Source: Dehalococcoidia bacterium
Lineage (GTDB): Bacteria > Chloroflexota > Dehalococcoidia > Lucifugimonadales > VXLM01
Assembly (NCBI GenBank): GCA_965242665.1
Contig: OZ251484.1
Location: forward strand, 935,064 to 999,063
DNA: 64,000 bases
Direction of reading: 5' to 3'
The position numbers were made by a program, and so were the translations under genes. Below the pieces are notes generated by a model. The model was not told the origin of the DNA. It was given only the letters and a program-made list of their open reading frames with translations, and did not search any database. This document shows positions 53,337-61,852 of the stretch, piece after piece. The first letter of the stretch is position 1. Every line of letters starts with the position of its first letter.

Positions 53337-54640
53337 CCGACCGCCCCCCTCTCCTCCCGTCATACCCCGAATACAAACCCTCCGGCATCCCATGGCTCGA
53401 CGAAATCCCCGTGCACTGGGAAGCGTGGCGGCTGAAAACAGTCTGCCGGTTGGCCTACGGAAATACCCTTACGGCAGAGATGCGGGTAGAAGGGCCGGTG
53501 CCCGTATACGGATCGAACGGACAGATTGGGGTTCATTCATCGGCAAATACAAACGCCCCGTGCATAATTGTTGGACGCAAAGGATCATTCGGTAAAGTCA
53601 ACTATTCGGAGGAGCCTGTTTTCGCAATTGACACAGCGTTCTTCGTAGATGACCGTTATACCAATGCCGATTTGCGATGGCTGTATTACTATCTCGTCTG
53701 GTTGAAACTCGATGCCGCCTCCCGTGATTCGGCGATACCCGGTCTCAACCGTCAGGAAGCATATCGGAGAGTAGGGCCAATCCCGCCCCCCGAAGAACAA
53801 GCCGCTATCGCCCGCTACCTCACCCACAAAGACGCCCTCATCCAACGCTTCCTCAAGGGCAAACAGCGGATGCTCGACCTACTCAAACAACTCCGCAAAT
53901 CCACCATCCACTACGCAGTCATACACGGACTCGACCCCAAGAATACGCCGATGAAGCCCTCCGGCATCCAATGGATCGACGAAATCCCCGCGCACTGGCA
54001 AACGATTCCACTGAAGTTCTGGGTGCGAATTAATCAAGCAGTACTGTCAGAAAACACCGATCCAAACTATGAATTTCGATACATCGACATAGGTTCGATT
54101 GGCACAGGAGTCAGGGTGGAAGAACCGGAGAAAATGCGCTTTGCGACCGCGCCCTCACGCGCAAGGCGTATCGTCCGCAACGGCGACACGATATTCTCCA
54201 CTGTGCGGACATACTTGAAGGCAGTCTGGTTCGCTGACGATCCTGGCGACGACCTCATATGCTCGACCGGATTTGCAGTGTTTACTCCTCGTCAAAATAG
54301 CTCCCCAAAGTTCGTGAGTTACGTAGCTCAAAGCGACGCATTTATCAACCGGGTAACTGCCAATTCTGTTGGAGTAACATACCCTGCAATCTCCAAGTCT
54401 CGATTGGGATCGCTTCGCATCCCGGTCCCACCCATCGAGGAGCAGGAAGCCATCGCCGAATACCTCGACGATAAGATCGCCAAGATAGACGCCGCCATCG
54501 CCGGCACCAGCCGCCTCATCGACCTAATGCGACAGTACCGCAAGAGCCTCATCCACGAAGTCGTCACTGGCGTCCGCGACGTCCGCAAAGCCGCCGCCGC
54601 CATCCCCCCCGCCCCCCCTCCCGACCCACCCACCTCCTAG
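53333..54640 (+). CDS. hsdS: Type I restriction-modification specificity subunit HsdS (two target-recognition domains)
   Basis: 435 aa from the ATG at 53333. The 599-aa tracked ORF is an upstream over-extension. It has two half-repeats, 'IPWLDEIPVHWEAWRLK..' and 'IQWIDEIPAHWQTIPLK..'. Each is followed by a conserved helix: 'PPPEEQAAIARYLTHKDALIQRFL..LLKQLRKSTIHYAV' and 'PPIEEQEAIAEYLDDKIAKIDAAI..LMRQYRKSLIHEVV'. Confidence 0.9.
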   Translation: MTDRPPLLPSYPEYKPSGIPWLDEIPVHWEAWRLKTVCRLAYGNTLTAEMRVEGPVPVYGSNGQIGVHSSANTNAPCIIVGRKGSFGKVNYSEEPVFAIDTAFFVDDRYTNADLRWLYYYLVWLKLDAASRDSAIPGLNRQEAYRRVGPIPPPEEQAAIARYLTHKDALIQRFLKGKQRMLDLLKQLRKSTIHYAVIHGLDPKNTPMKPSGIQWIDEIPAHWQTIPLKFWVRINQAVLSENTDPNYEFRYIDIGSIGTGVRVEEPEKMRFATAPSRARRIVRNGDTIFSTVRTYLKAVWFADDPGDDLICSTGFAVFTPRQNSSPKFVSYVAQSDAFINRVTANSVGVTYPAISKSRLGSLRIPVPPIEEQEAIAEYLDDKIAKIDAAIAGTSRLIDLMRQYRKSLIHEVVTGVRDVRKAAAAIPPAPPPDPPTS

Positions 54641-54793
54641 CCCCCGCCCCCCCCGTCACTCTCACTCTGTCCCCGTCACTCCCACCCCGTCTACGTCATT
54701 CCCGTACCCTCCCACCTTATTCCCGCCCCGTCTACGTCATTCCCGCACCCTCCTAACGTCATTCCCGCGTAGGCGGGAATCTCATCCCCGCAT

Positions 54794-54935
54794 CGCATTT
54801 GACAAAACAGAACCCACGTACTATCCTAGACCCATGGCCACTCCAACCAAACTACAGCCCAAGGAGAACATCTTGCAATCCCCAATCCCCAATCCCCAAT
54901 CATCAATCCACAATCATCAATTCCCAATCTCTCCC
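54794..54935 (+). repeat. promoter-bearing repeated element, copy B (3'-truncated)
   Basis: TTGACA at 54799-54804 with the same -10 region, AAGGAG and a CAATC(C/A)N repeat run as copies A and C. It ends in a REP half-site. Confidence 0.6.
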
Positions 54936-55002
54936 ACGTCATTCTCGCACCCTCCTACGTCATTCCCGCGTAGGCGGGAATCTCCCCCGTCTCGCATTTG
55001 AC

Positions 55003-55200
55003 AAAACAGAACCCACGTACTATCCTAGACCCATGGCCACTCCAACCAAACCACACCCCAAGGAGGACACCTTGCAATCCCCAATCTGCAATCATCAATT
55101 CCCCAACTCGCCGTCTACAAAATTCGACAGAATACGACAAAATGCGACAGAAACTCGTGCGCGCGCGTACCCTAATCCACGCGCACGCACGCGCGAGGCT
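55003..55200 (+). repeat. promoter-bearing repeated element, copy C (candidate small RNA)
   Basis: TTGACA at 55008-55013, 209 bp after copy B. The AAGGAGG, CAATC-run, (A/T)TCGACAGAA-type motifs and CGACAGAAACTCGTGCGCGC tail are shared with copy A. Confidence 0.6.
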
Positions 55201-55681
55201 TGGAACCCCCTTGCCCCCACATCACTCCCGCACCCACGTCATTCCCGCACCCTCCCACGCCATTCCCGCCCTACCCACGTCACTCCCGCACCCTCCCACG
55301 TCATTCCCGCACCCTCCCACGTCATTCCCGCACCCTCCCACGTCATTCCCGCGTAGGCGGGAATCCAGACGCCGCGCCCACCCAGCGAACCTCTACAATG
55401 GAAGAACCCAAAACATGGCACAATGAACTCTACGCGGCCCGCGCACTGGTCGAAGCCGCTGCCGAACGAAGCAACCCAGGGGAAGAACGACCATTTCTAC
55501 GATTCGCCGCATCCGAAAAGCATGGCCAATCGCCGCGCTCTCCCTCGCGTCGATCTTCCTGTCCGCAAACGACACGTTCTCGCCAAACCCGGCACAGCGC
55601 GCCGCCTTCCAATACCGATACAGCATCACCGCCTGGGAGTTCCAAAACCTGCCGGACAAGTGGCTCCACAAACTGACGTCC

Positions 55682-57787
55682 ATGCTCCCCTGGAACCGCA
55701 AGACACAGGCGCAGAAGATCGCGGACACCGTGCGCTATTTCACCCTCGGCAGAGAACTGGCCGCGGCGAACGCCGCCCTCGACCGCTCGATGTCCAATCG
55801 AACCGCGGACGAAAGCGCCCGCCTCCATGCCGAAGTAGACCGTATCGCAGCAGAGAGAATGTCCATCAGGGACGGCGTGGAGGAGACGATGGAGAGCGCA
55901 ATCAGCGCGGTCGTTCAGGAAATTGGACTTGGCTGGCGCGCAGACATCGTCTTCCCCCCGGTAGATATCCGACTCGGCAGCGCCCCCGCCGTCCTATTGA
56001 CCTCCCCCCGCAGCCGCATCGAACGGCAGCACGAAGCGCTCCTAGAACCAGGCGTCACCCTAGCCGTCCGCGAACGCCTCGAAAACCAACTCATGGCCCA
56101 AGACGACTCCACCTCCGCGGCAACCTTCCAAATATCAGGCCTCGCAACCTATCCCGCGTCCGTCATAGACACCATTCCCCTAGCCGACGCCTTCCGAGTA
56201 GCCGGCCACGAATGGACGCACCACTATATGGCCTTCCGTCCCCTCGGAAGGAAGATGTTTACCTCGCCAGAGATGGTCGCATTGAACGAAACCACGGCAG
56301 ACATCATAGGCAGGGAACTCGGCGACAGAGCGCACGAATTCCTACTCGACAGCGCCGAACTTCCACCAGCCCCGATCCCGCCGCCACCGGCCCCCGCAGC
56401 CGACGCCGACGAAAGACAAGAGCATTTCGACTTCACCGCCGAGATGCGAACGACCCGCCTCCGAGTGGACGATCTGTTGTCCGAGGGCAAAGTCGACGAG
56501 GCAGAAGAGTACATGGAAGAACGCCGCCTCCTCTTCGTGCGGAACGGGTTCCCAATTAGACGGCTGAACCAAGCATACTTCGCCTTCCACGGCACATACG
56601 CCGGAAGCGCGGCGTCATCCAGCCCCATCGGAGGACAACTGTCCCGCTTCCGCGAACTGACGCCCGACCTCCGCGCATTCGCAGTCGAAATGTCCCAGAT
56701 AGGAAGCTACCGGCAGTTCCTCGACGAACTGCAAGCTTGGGAATCGGAGAGCGAAGCGGTAGGCGCGAATATCGCAGGCGCGTCTCACCCCATCGCCCGC
56801 CCAATCGCAAGCCCCCCGAACGCCGCCAACAACCCGACAGCGACACTCGCCCCAAGATTCAGGCCTGCACGCCCAAAATCACCGCCCTCGATCCCCTGGG
56901 TCACCGCCACGGCGAGCGTCGAAAACGTCGTGTACGACCCAAGAAACCCGACAGCGAGGAACAACTTGTACTCGAATGGAAAATCTGGACGCGACTCCCA
57001 AAGCCCAAGCAGCACGCCCAAGAGCAGAGACCCGGTGACATTGGCGGCGAACGTGCCGACCAGAGACGACCCGATGAATTTCACGACTGCAAGATTCACC
57101 GCATGGCGGGCCACCGCCCCAAGCGCGCCGCCGCCGGCAACGAACACCCACTCGAGCACGAACGTTCCTCCCAATATCAACGCACGGTCCGAACGCGGCC
57201 GCCAAAGCTGCCGGCTATCCGATAACGTCCTTCGTACTTGGAATGCCCCCCGCCCTGCGCGGGTCGCGCTCGGAAGCCGCCCGCAAAGCGCGAGCCAAAG
57301 CCTTGAAGACCGCCTCGGCCTTATGATGGTTGTTGGCGCCGTACAACAGCCTGACGTGAAGGTTGAACTTGCCCTCATGGGCAAAGCTCTCCAAGAAGTG
57401 CCCGATCAAGCTCCCCGAAAGCCCTCCGAGATCCGCTTCCCCAATGTCCGCATCGATCACCGCATACCCCCGCCCTCCGAGATCGACCGCAGCGAACGCA
57501 AGCGTCTCATCGAGAGGAACGAAGGCGTGCGCAGTGCGGGTTATCCCCCGTGCATCACCGAGCGCATCCCGCAAGACCCTGCCCAAGGAAATCGCAGTGT
57601 CCTCAACCAAGTGATGCCAACCAACATGCGAATCTCCCTCGGCCGCGACCTCCAGATCGATCAGCCCATGCCTCGAAATCTGAGCAAGCAGATGATCGAA
57701 CATCCCGCAGCCCGTCTCGATGCGGTATTCACCCGTCCCGTCGAGGTCGACCGACACCGAAACCCGCGTCTCGGACGTCTCGCGTGA
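55682..57787 (+). CDS. hypothetical HExxH (zinc-metallopeptidase-like) protein; both ends of the reading frame are unresolved
   Basis: The first ~360 aa look genuine ('VAGHEWTHHYMAF', 'LNQAYFAFHGTYAG'). The last ~340 aa of the 701-aa ORF are antisense to crcB and hisB and are probably not real. An in-frame TM-like segment lies upstream of the first ATG. See findings. Confidence 0.4.
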   Translation: MLPWNRKTQAQKIADTVRYFTLGRELAAANAALDRSMSNRTADESARLHAEVDRIAAERMSIRDGVEETMESAISAVVQEIGLGWRADIVFPPVDIRLGSAPAVLLTSPRSRIERQHEALLEPGVTLAVRERLENQLMAQDDSTSAATFQISGLATYPASVIDTIPLADAFRVAGHEWTHHYMAFRPLGRKMFTSPEMVALNETTADIIGRELGDRAHEFLLDSAELPPAPIPPPPAPAADADERQEHFDFTAEMRTTRLRVDDLLSEGKVDEAEEYMEERRLLFVRNGFPIRRLNQAYFAFHGTYAGSAASSSPIGGQLSRFRELTPDLRAFAVEMSQIGSYRQFLDELQAWESESEAVGANIAGASHPIARPIASPPNAANNPTATLAPRFRPARPKSPPSIPWVTATASVENVVYDPRNPTARNNLYSNGKSGRDSQSPSSTPKSRDPVTLAANVPTRDDPMNFTTARFTAWRATAPSAPPPATNTHSSTNVPPNINARSERGRQSCRLSDNVLRTWNAPRPARVALGSRPQSASQSLEDRLGLMMVVGAVQQPDVKVELALMGKALQEVPDQAPRKPSEIRFPNVRIDHRIPPPSEIDRSERKRLIERNEGVRSAGYPPCITERIPQDPAQGNRSVLNQVMPTNMRISLGRDLQIDQPMPRNLSKQMIEHPAARLDAVFTRPVEVDRHRNPRLGRLA
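56785..57159 (-). CDS. crcB: fluoride ion channel CrcB
   Basis: I prefer the GTG at 57159, which has GGGAGG 7 nt upstream (124 aa). 'GGGALGAVARH', 'GTFAANVTGSLLLG' and 'GFLGSYTTFSTL'. Confidence 0.85.
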   Translation of the reverse strand: MLEWVFVAGGGALGAVARHAVNLAVVKFIGSSLVGTFAANVTGSLLLGVLLGLWESRPDFPFEYKLFLAVGFLGSYTTFSTLAVAVTQGIEGGDFGRAGLNLGASVAVGLLAAFGGLAIGRAMG

Positions 57788-57811
57788 TACACTGCCCTTT
57801 CTCTGTTCCAA
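57215..57811 (-). CDS. hisB: imidazoleglycerol-phosphate dehydratase
   Basis: 'SRETSETRVSVSVDLDG', 'GMFDHLLAQISRHG', 'DSHVGWHHLVEDTAI' and 'NNHHKAEAVFKALARAL'. I prefer the TTG at 57811, downstream of the hisC stop. The tracked ORF extends to 58048. Confidence 0.9.
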   Translation of the reverse strand: MEQRKGSVSRETSETRVSVSVDLDGTGEYRIETGCGMFDHLLAQISRHGLIDLEVAAEGDSHVGWHHLVEDTAISLGRVLRDALGDARGITRTAHAFVPLDETLAFAAVDLGGRGYAVIDADIGEADLGGLSGSLIGHFLESFAHEGKFNLHVRLLYGANNHHKAEAVFKALARALRAASERDPRRAGGIPSTKDVIG

Positions 57812-57879
57812 CGCTTGAAGAACCTCTCTTTGGATCGCGCCCCGGCGACGCACACCCCGGAGCGAATGGGACAGGAGAC

Positions 57880-58968
57880 TCAGACGAACTCCTGAAGCGC
57901 GGCAACGACCGCGTCGGTGTCGCTGGGTGTCCCGACCGATATTCGGAAGAAATTCTCGAGACGGCGCGATCCAAACTTCCGAAGGAAGATCCCCCGCAGA
58001 GCCATCTTGTCGAATATCTCCGGCGCGCGCCCCGGCTCGAACCCGCAAAGAACGAAGTTGCCCCCAGACGGAAACGGCGTTACCCCGGGAATACGACTCA
58101 ACAACTCGGTCATTCGCTCCCGCTCGTCTACGATCAAATCACGGTTGGCGTTCAGATAGTCCGCATCTTCGAGCGTCGCCACAAGCGCAGCCTCCGCCGC
58201 CGTAGTGACATTGTACGGCTGCTTGATGTCCATGATGTGCTCGACCAGCACCGGCGACATGATGCCGTACCCAATCCGCAGCCCGGCAATGCCCGCCCAC
58301 TTGCTCATGGTTCGCAGGACGATCAAGTTCTCGTGGCTGCGGGTCATCGGCGCCGCAGTCCGCCCAGAGAACTCCCAGTACGCCTCGTCGATGACGACGA
58401 GTAGACCAGTAGCCAGCAAACCCTCGATTTGCTCACAAGTCGCCACGTTGCCAGTCGGATTGTTGGGAGAGCACAAGAATATCATCTTTGCGCTGTCGTC
58501 GACTGCCTCCCGCACCGCGTCTACGTCCACGTCGAACGCAGCGTCCCGTTGCACCATGACGGTACGAGCGCCGTTGACCCGCGCATCGAACGAATACATG
58601 CCAAAAGTCGGCTCGCTGTCGATGATAGTATCTCCAGGTTCGATCACCAACCGAAAGACCAAGTCGATGATCTCATCGCTGCCCGCCCCGGCCACGATGG
58701 TCTCGGCCGGCAAGCCGGTGAACTCGGACAGCGCGGCGCGCACCCGGCGCTGGAAGGGGTCAGGATAGATGTTGTATGGAACGTTTGCCACCGCCTCCAC
58801 AACCTTGGGAGAGAATCCATATGGGTTCTCATTGGCGTTGAGCCGAACGACCTCCTCCTGCGGGATGCCGGCTCTCGTCGCCTGCAACTCGGGTGGATCC
58901 GCAGGACTAAAAGCCTCCATGTCCCGGAGGTGAGGACGGATAAACGTCTTGAGATCGATACCGCTCAT
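57880..58968 (-). CDS. hisC: histidinol-phosphate aminotransferase
   Basis: 'VRLNANENPYG', 'LCSPNNPTG' and the PLP lysine context 'RTMSKWAGIAGLRIGY'. Confidence 0.9.
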   Translation of the reverse strand: MSGIDLKTFIRPHLRDMEAFSPADPPELQATRAGIPQEEVVRLNANENPYGFSPKVVEAVANVPYNIYPDPFQRRVRAALSEFTGLPAETIVAGAGSDEIIDLVFRLVIEPGDTIIDSEPTFGMYSFDARVNGARTVMVQRDAAFDVDVDAVREAVDDSAKMIFLCSPNNPTGNVATCEQIEGLLATGLLVVIDEAYWEFSGRTAAPMTRSHENLIVLRTMSKWAGIAGLRIGYGIMSPVLVEHIMDIKQPYNVTTAAEAALVATLEDADYLNANRDLIVDERERMTELLSRIPGVTPFPSGGNFVLCGFEPGRAPEIFDKMALRGIFLRKFGSRRLENFFRISVGTPSDTDAVVAALQEFV

Positions 58969-58970
58969 CG

Positions 58971-60299
58971 CTAATCGTTCCGCAATTCTCTTCTGATCTC
59001 CGCAGCCTCTGCGTGGGCAGTGAGGCCCTCGGCTCTGCCCAATATAGATGCCGCATCGCCCAGTTGGGCCGCCTGTTCTTCGCTCATGCCAATGATCGGG
59101 CTGAACTTCAGGAACGAACGCACGTTCAAGCCAGACCCGAACCGCGCCGTCCCGCCGGTGGGCATCACATGGCTCGGCCCCGCCGCGTAGTCCCCCAGCA
59201 CCTCATGCGAGAACTCTCCGAGGAAGACTGCCCCAGCGTTCTCGACCTTGCGGAGATGCGCCCATGGGTCTCGAATCATCAACGACACGTGCTCAGGAGC
59301 GAAATCGTTGACCAACGCAAACCCCTCGTCCAAGTTGGCGACGACCGCGATGACCCCATGATCTTCGACGGATCGAACCGCTGTTTCCGCGCGGTCGATG
59401 CCCCGTACTCGTCCCATCACCTCCGAGTGTACACGCTCCGCAAGAATTCCAGAAGGCGTTATCAGCACTGGTTTTGCCAAAATGTCATGTTCGGCCTGCG
59501 CCAGCAGGTCGGCAGCGCACAACGTGGGATTGGCGGACTCATCCGCCAACACGAGGGTCTCAGTGGGACCGTACAACCCATCGACGCCGACATCGCCAAA
59601 CACCACCTTCTTGGCGAGCGTGGTAAAGAGGCCGCCCGGCCCGCATATCATATCGACTCTCGGCACAGTCTCCGTCCCATACGCCATCGCCGCGACAGCC
59701 TGAGGGCCGCCTACCTGGAAGACGCGATCCACCCCAGCAATATCCGCAGCGACCAATACCGACGGATGCACCCCGCGATCGACGCCGGGGTTCGTCGTAA
59801 CCACAACCTCCCGCGCCCCCGCCACCCGCGCAGGAATGACTGACATCAATACGGTCGAAGGAAACCTAGCAGTCCCGCCAGGAACATACACGCCAACCCG
59901 CTCGACCGGATTGACCAACTCGCCGTACCCTTCACGGAAGTCGACCCAACTCTCTGGACGCGTTCTCTCATGGAACCGACGAATACGCTCCGCCGCCAGA
60001 CGCAGGGCATCGACGACCTCCATGTTGATTGCGTCATACGCCTTACGAACCGCGTGTTCGGACAATTCCAAGTCGAGCAGCTCGATGCCGTCCAAGCGAC
60101 GGGTTATGCTCCGTATAGCATCGTCCCCGCCCTCGCGCACGCGGCCGACGATATATTCCGCGGTCTGAACTGGCGTCATCGCCTTCCCGAGCGCAGACTC
60201 GGTATGACGCAGAATACTCGGAGGCGCAGAGTCGAGACCCAACCCGCGCCCGGTCAGCAGAGCTTCCCTCGACCGTTCGACTCCCCTGACGATTCTCAT
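58971..60299 (-). CDS. hisD: histidinol dehydrogenase
   Basis: 'VGVYVPGGTARFPSTVLM', 'GPQAVAAMAYGTE', 'LLAQAEHD' and 'EFAPEHV'. 442 aa. Confidence 0.92.
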   Translation of the reverse strand: MRIVRGVERSREALLTGRGLGLDSAPPSILRHTESALGKAMTPVQTAEYIVGRVREGGDDAIRSITRRLDGIELLDLELSEHAVRKAYDAINMEVVDALRLAAERIRRFHERTRPESWVDFREGYGELVNPVERVGVYVPGGTARFPSTVLMSVIPARVAGAREVVVTTNPGVDRGVHPSVLVAADIAGVDRVFQVGGPQAVAAMAYGTETVPRVDMICGPGGLFTTLAKKVVFGDVGVDGLYGPTETLVLADESANPTLCAADLLAQAEHDILAKPVLITPSGILAERVHSEVMGRVRGIDRAETAVRSVEDHGVIAVVANLDEGFALVNDFAPEHVSLMIRDPWAHLRKVENAGAVFLGEFSHEVLGDYAAGPSHVMPTGGTARFGSGLNVRSFLKFSPIIGMSEEQAAQLGDAASILGRAEGLTAHAEAAEIRRELRND

Positions 60300-61036
60300 G
60301 CCAAATGCTCCGCAACGCGGGCGGCCATCTCGTCGATGGCTGTGCGTTCGAATTCTCGAAGTGTACTCTCTGGTATCAACCGATGCAGCTCATCCAGGGT
60401 ATCAGGCATCCCCCGAATGAACTCGTCGGCGATACGGTGGGCGGCATGTGACTCGTCGCCCCGTGAAATTCGCCGCGCCATGAACCGCAGACGGTCCCAA
60501 GAGAACTCTTGCCCGAGGAAGTTGGTCACCCACTCGCGCCAATCCACTAGGACGCCCCGATCGATGAACGGTATATGGACTCTGCCATCGAAGCCCGCTA
60601 AACGCGTCCTCAAGCCGTCGATTTCTCGCATAGCGATACAGTCGAGGTGCATCTGCATGACCCGATCCATAACCGCGCCGTCCTGTTCGGTCTCGAAGAT
60701 CCCTCCCGCGCCAAAGAAGGGCCGATACATCTTCGTGATCCAGGTCTCGTCGAGAACGAGGTGGGTAATGTACCCTGCCACGAAGGAGCGGGTAGGGTCG
60801 TGCGAGACCGTCCGCAGCTCGGGATACTGGCCAAACATGCCCGCGACTCCCGCCCCTGCGGCCTCGAAGTCCAACGACGCGAAATGATAGAGTTCCCTAC
60901 CTTGTCCAGTAATCACGCGAACATCCGGGGCGGTGGAACCAACGAGGTAACACCCCATGTTTTCCGTCAAAATCGGCGCGTCCACTTTCTGAGCGGCGCG
61001 GTATGCCATCTGGATATGGGTTGCAGGATTGGGCAT
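60296..61036 (-). CDS. hypothetical protein, zinc-dependent phospholipase C-like fold (weak)
   Basis: I prefer the ATG at 61036 ('MPNPATHIQMAY..'). 'VAGYITHLVLDETW' is a His/Asp-rich pattern. It overlaps the hisD start by 4 nt. Confidence 0.4.
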   Translation of the reverse strand: MPNPATHIQMAYRAAQKVDAPILTENMGCYLVGSTAPDVRVITGQGRELYHFASLDFEAAGAGVAGMFGQYPELRTVSHDPTRSFVAGYITHLVLDETWITKMYRPFFGAGGIFETEQDGAVMDRVMQMHLDCIAMREIDGLRTRLAGFDGRVHIPFIDRGVLVDWREWVTNFLGQEFSWDRLRFMARRISRGDESHAAHRIADEFIRGMPDTLDELHRLIPESTLREFERTAIDEMAARVAEHLA

Positions 61037-61297
61037 GGTCGGCTCTAGGAGTCTGTCGAAGAACGGGTGAAGTCCATAAGGTTGATGATACCACGAACGG
61101 GGGGAAGGACGTCGTGTCGTCGAAATTCTCCCCACGCGCATATGGTGCCAGAGAGGACAAGCGCCCCAACATGGATGAGACAAACAATCTCTCCCCGCGC
61201 ATGTGATGCAGGAATCCAGGGAGTTCCTTCCTCTTGAGATACAACCTGCCCATGGAGGAATGCAGTGTCGTCGATGAGTATGCGACGGCGGACGACC

Positions 61298-61732
61298 CTA
61301 GGATCCGTCCCCGACTACCTCGAAGGATGTAGTAATGGATGCAGTGCCCTTGAGAGTCGCCCCAACAGAGCAGTACTTCCCCTCCGAGAGGTGGATCGAT
61401 CTGTCAACGGCATTCGGATCCACTCCACGCCCCTTGACAACGTAATGGACATTGAAGGACGTCCATGCTTTCGGCCAATCCTCCTCCTGGGAGCCAGTCA
61501 CCTGTACTTCCAAACCTGTGACGTCCTGCCGCTTCTTCTGTAGAATACTCACCACATCGATCCCCGTGCACCCGCCGAGCGCAGCGAGCATAAGATGGGT
61601 TGGCTTGAAACCACCGACCTCGTCTCCATCCTGCATCGGCGCCTGGATAGAGACCGTATGGCCGTCCGCGTCTGCGGCAGTGAATTTCCATTCGCCTTCC
61701 CAGTTCAAGTCGACAACTGCTCGATTCGACAC
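61298..61732 (-). CDS. OsmC/Ohr-family peroxiredoxin-like protein
   Basis: I prefer the GTG at 61732, which has AGGAGG 7 nt upstream (144 aa). 'FKPTHLMLAALGGCTGIDVVSIL' and 'SEGKYCSVGATL' carry the two conserved Cys. Confidence 0.8.
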   Translation of the reverse strand: MSNRAVVDLNWEGEWKFTAADADGHTVSIQAPMQDGDEVGGFKPTHLMLAALGGCTGIDVVSILQKKRQDVTGLEVQVTGSQEEDWPKAWTSFNVHYVVKGRGVDPNAVDRSIHLSEGKYCSVGATLKGTASITTSFEVVGDGS

Positions 61733-61852
61733 GTTCAATCCTCCTGCGATGGATATGTCGTTCGTCTTCGATGATAGCGAATTCTCGCCGACGGCGTACA
61801 GGCGGGGTCGTCCGTGCGGGCTTGGGGTCTTGTCTGGTATCATGAGGAGGAC

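Larger units (their letters stand above)
54650..55365. repeat. REP-like cluster with two embedded promoter-bearing elements
   Basis: Hairpins at 54758-54781, 54969-54992 and 55342-55365, with runs of CACGTCATTCCCGCACCCTCC half-sites (55230-55340). Confidence 0.95.

Noticed and set aside
57160-57214. Possible fluoride riboswitch upstream of crcB
   Set aside because: Only 55 nt separate the hisB stop from the crcB start. I could not find the conserved crcB-motif elements (for example the GAUGG..GUUC..AACCGCC core). crcB appears simply co-transcribed with the his genes.
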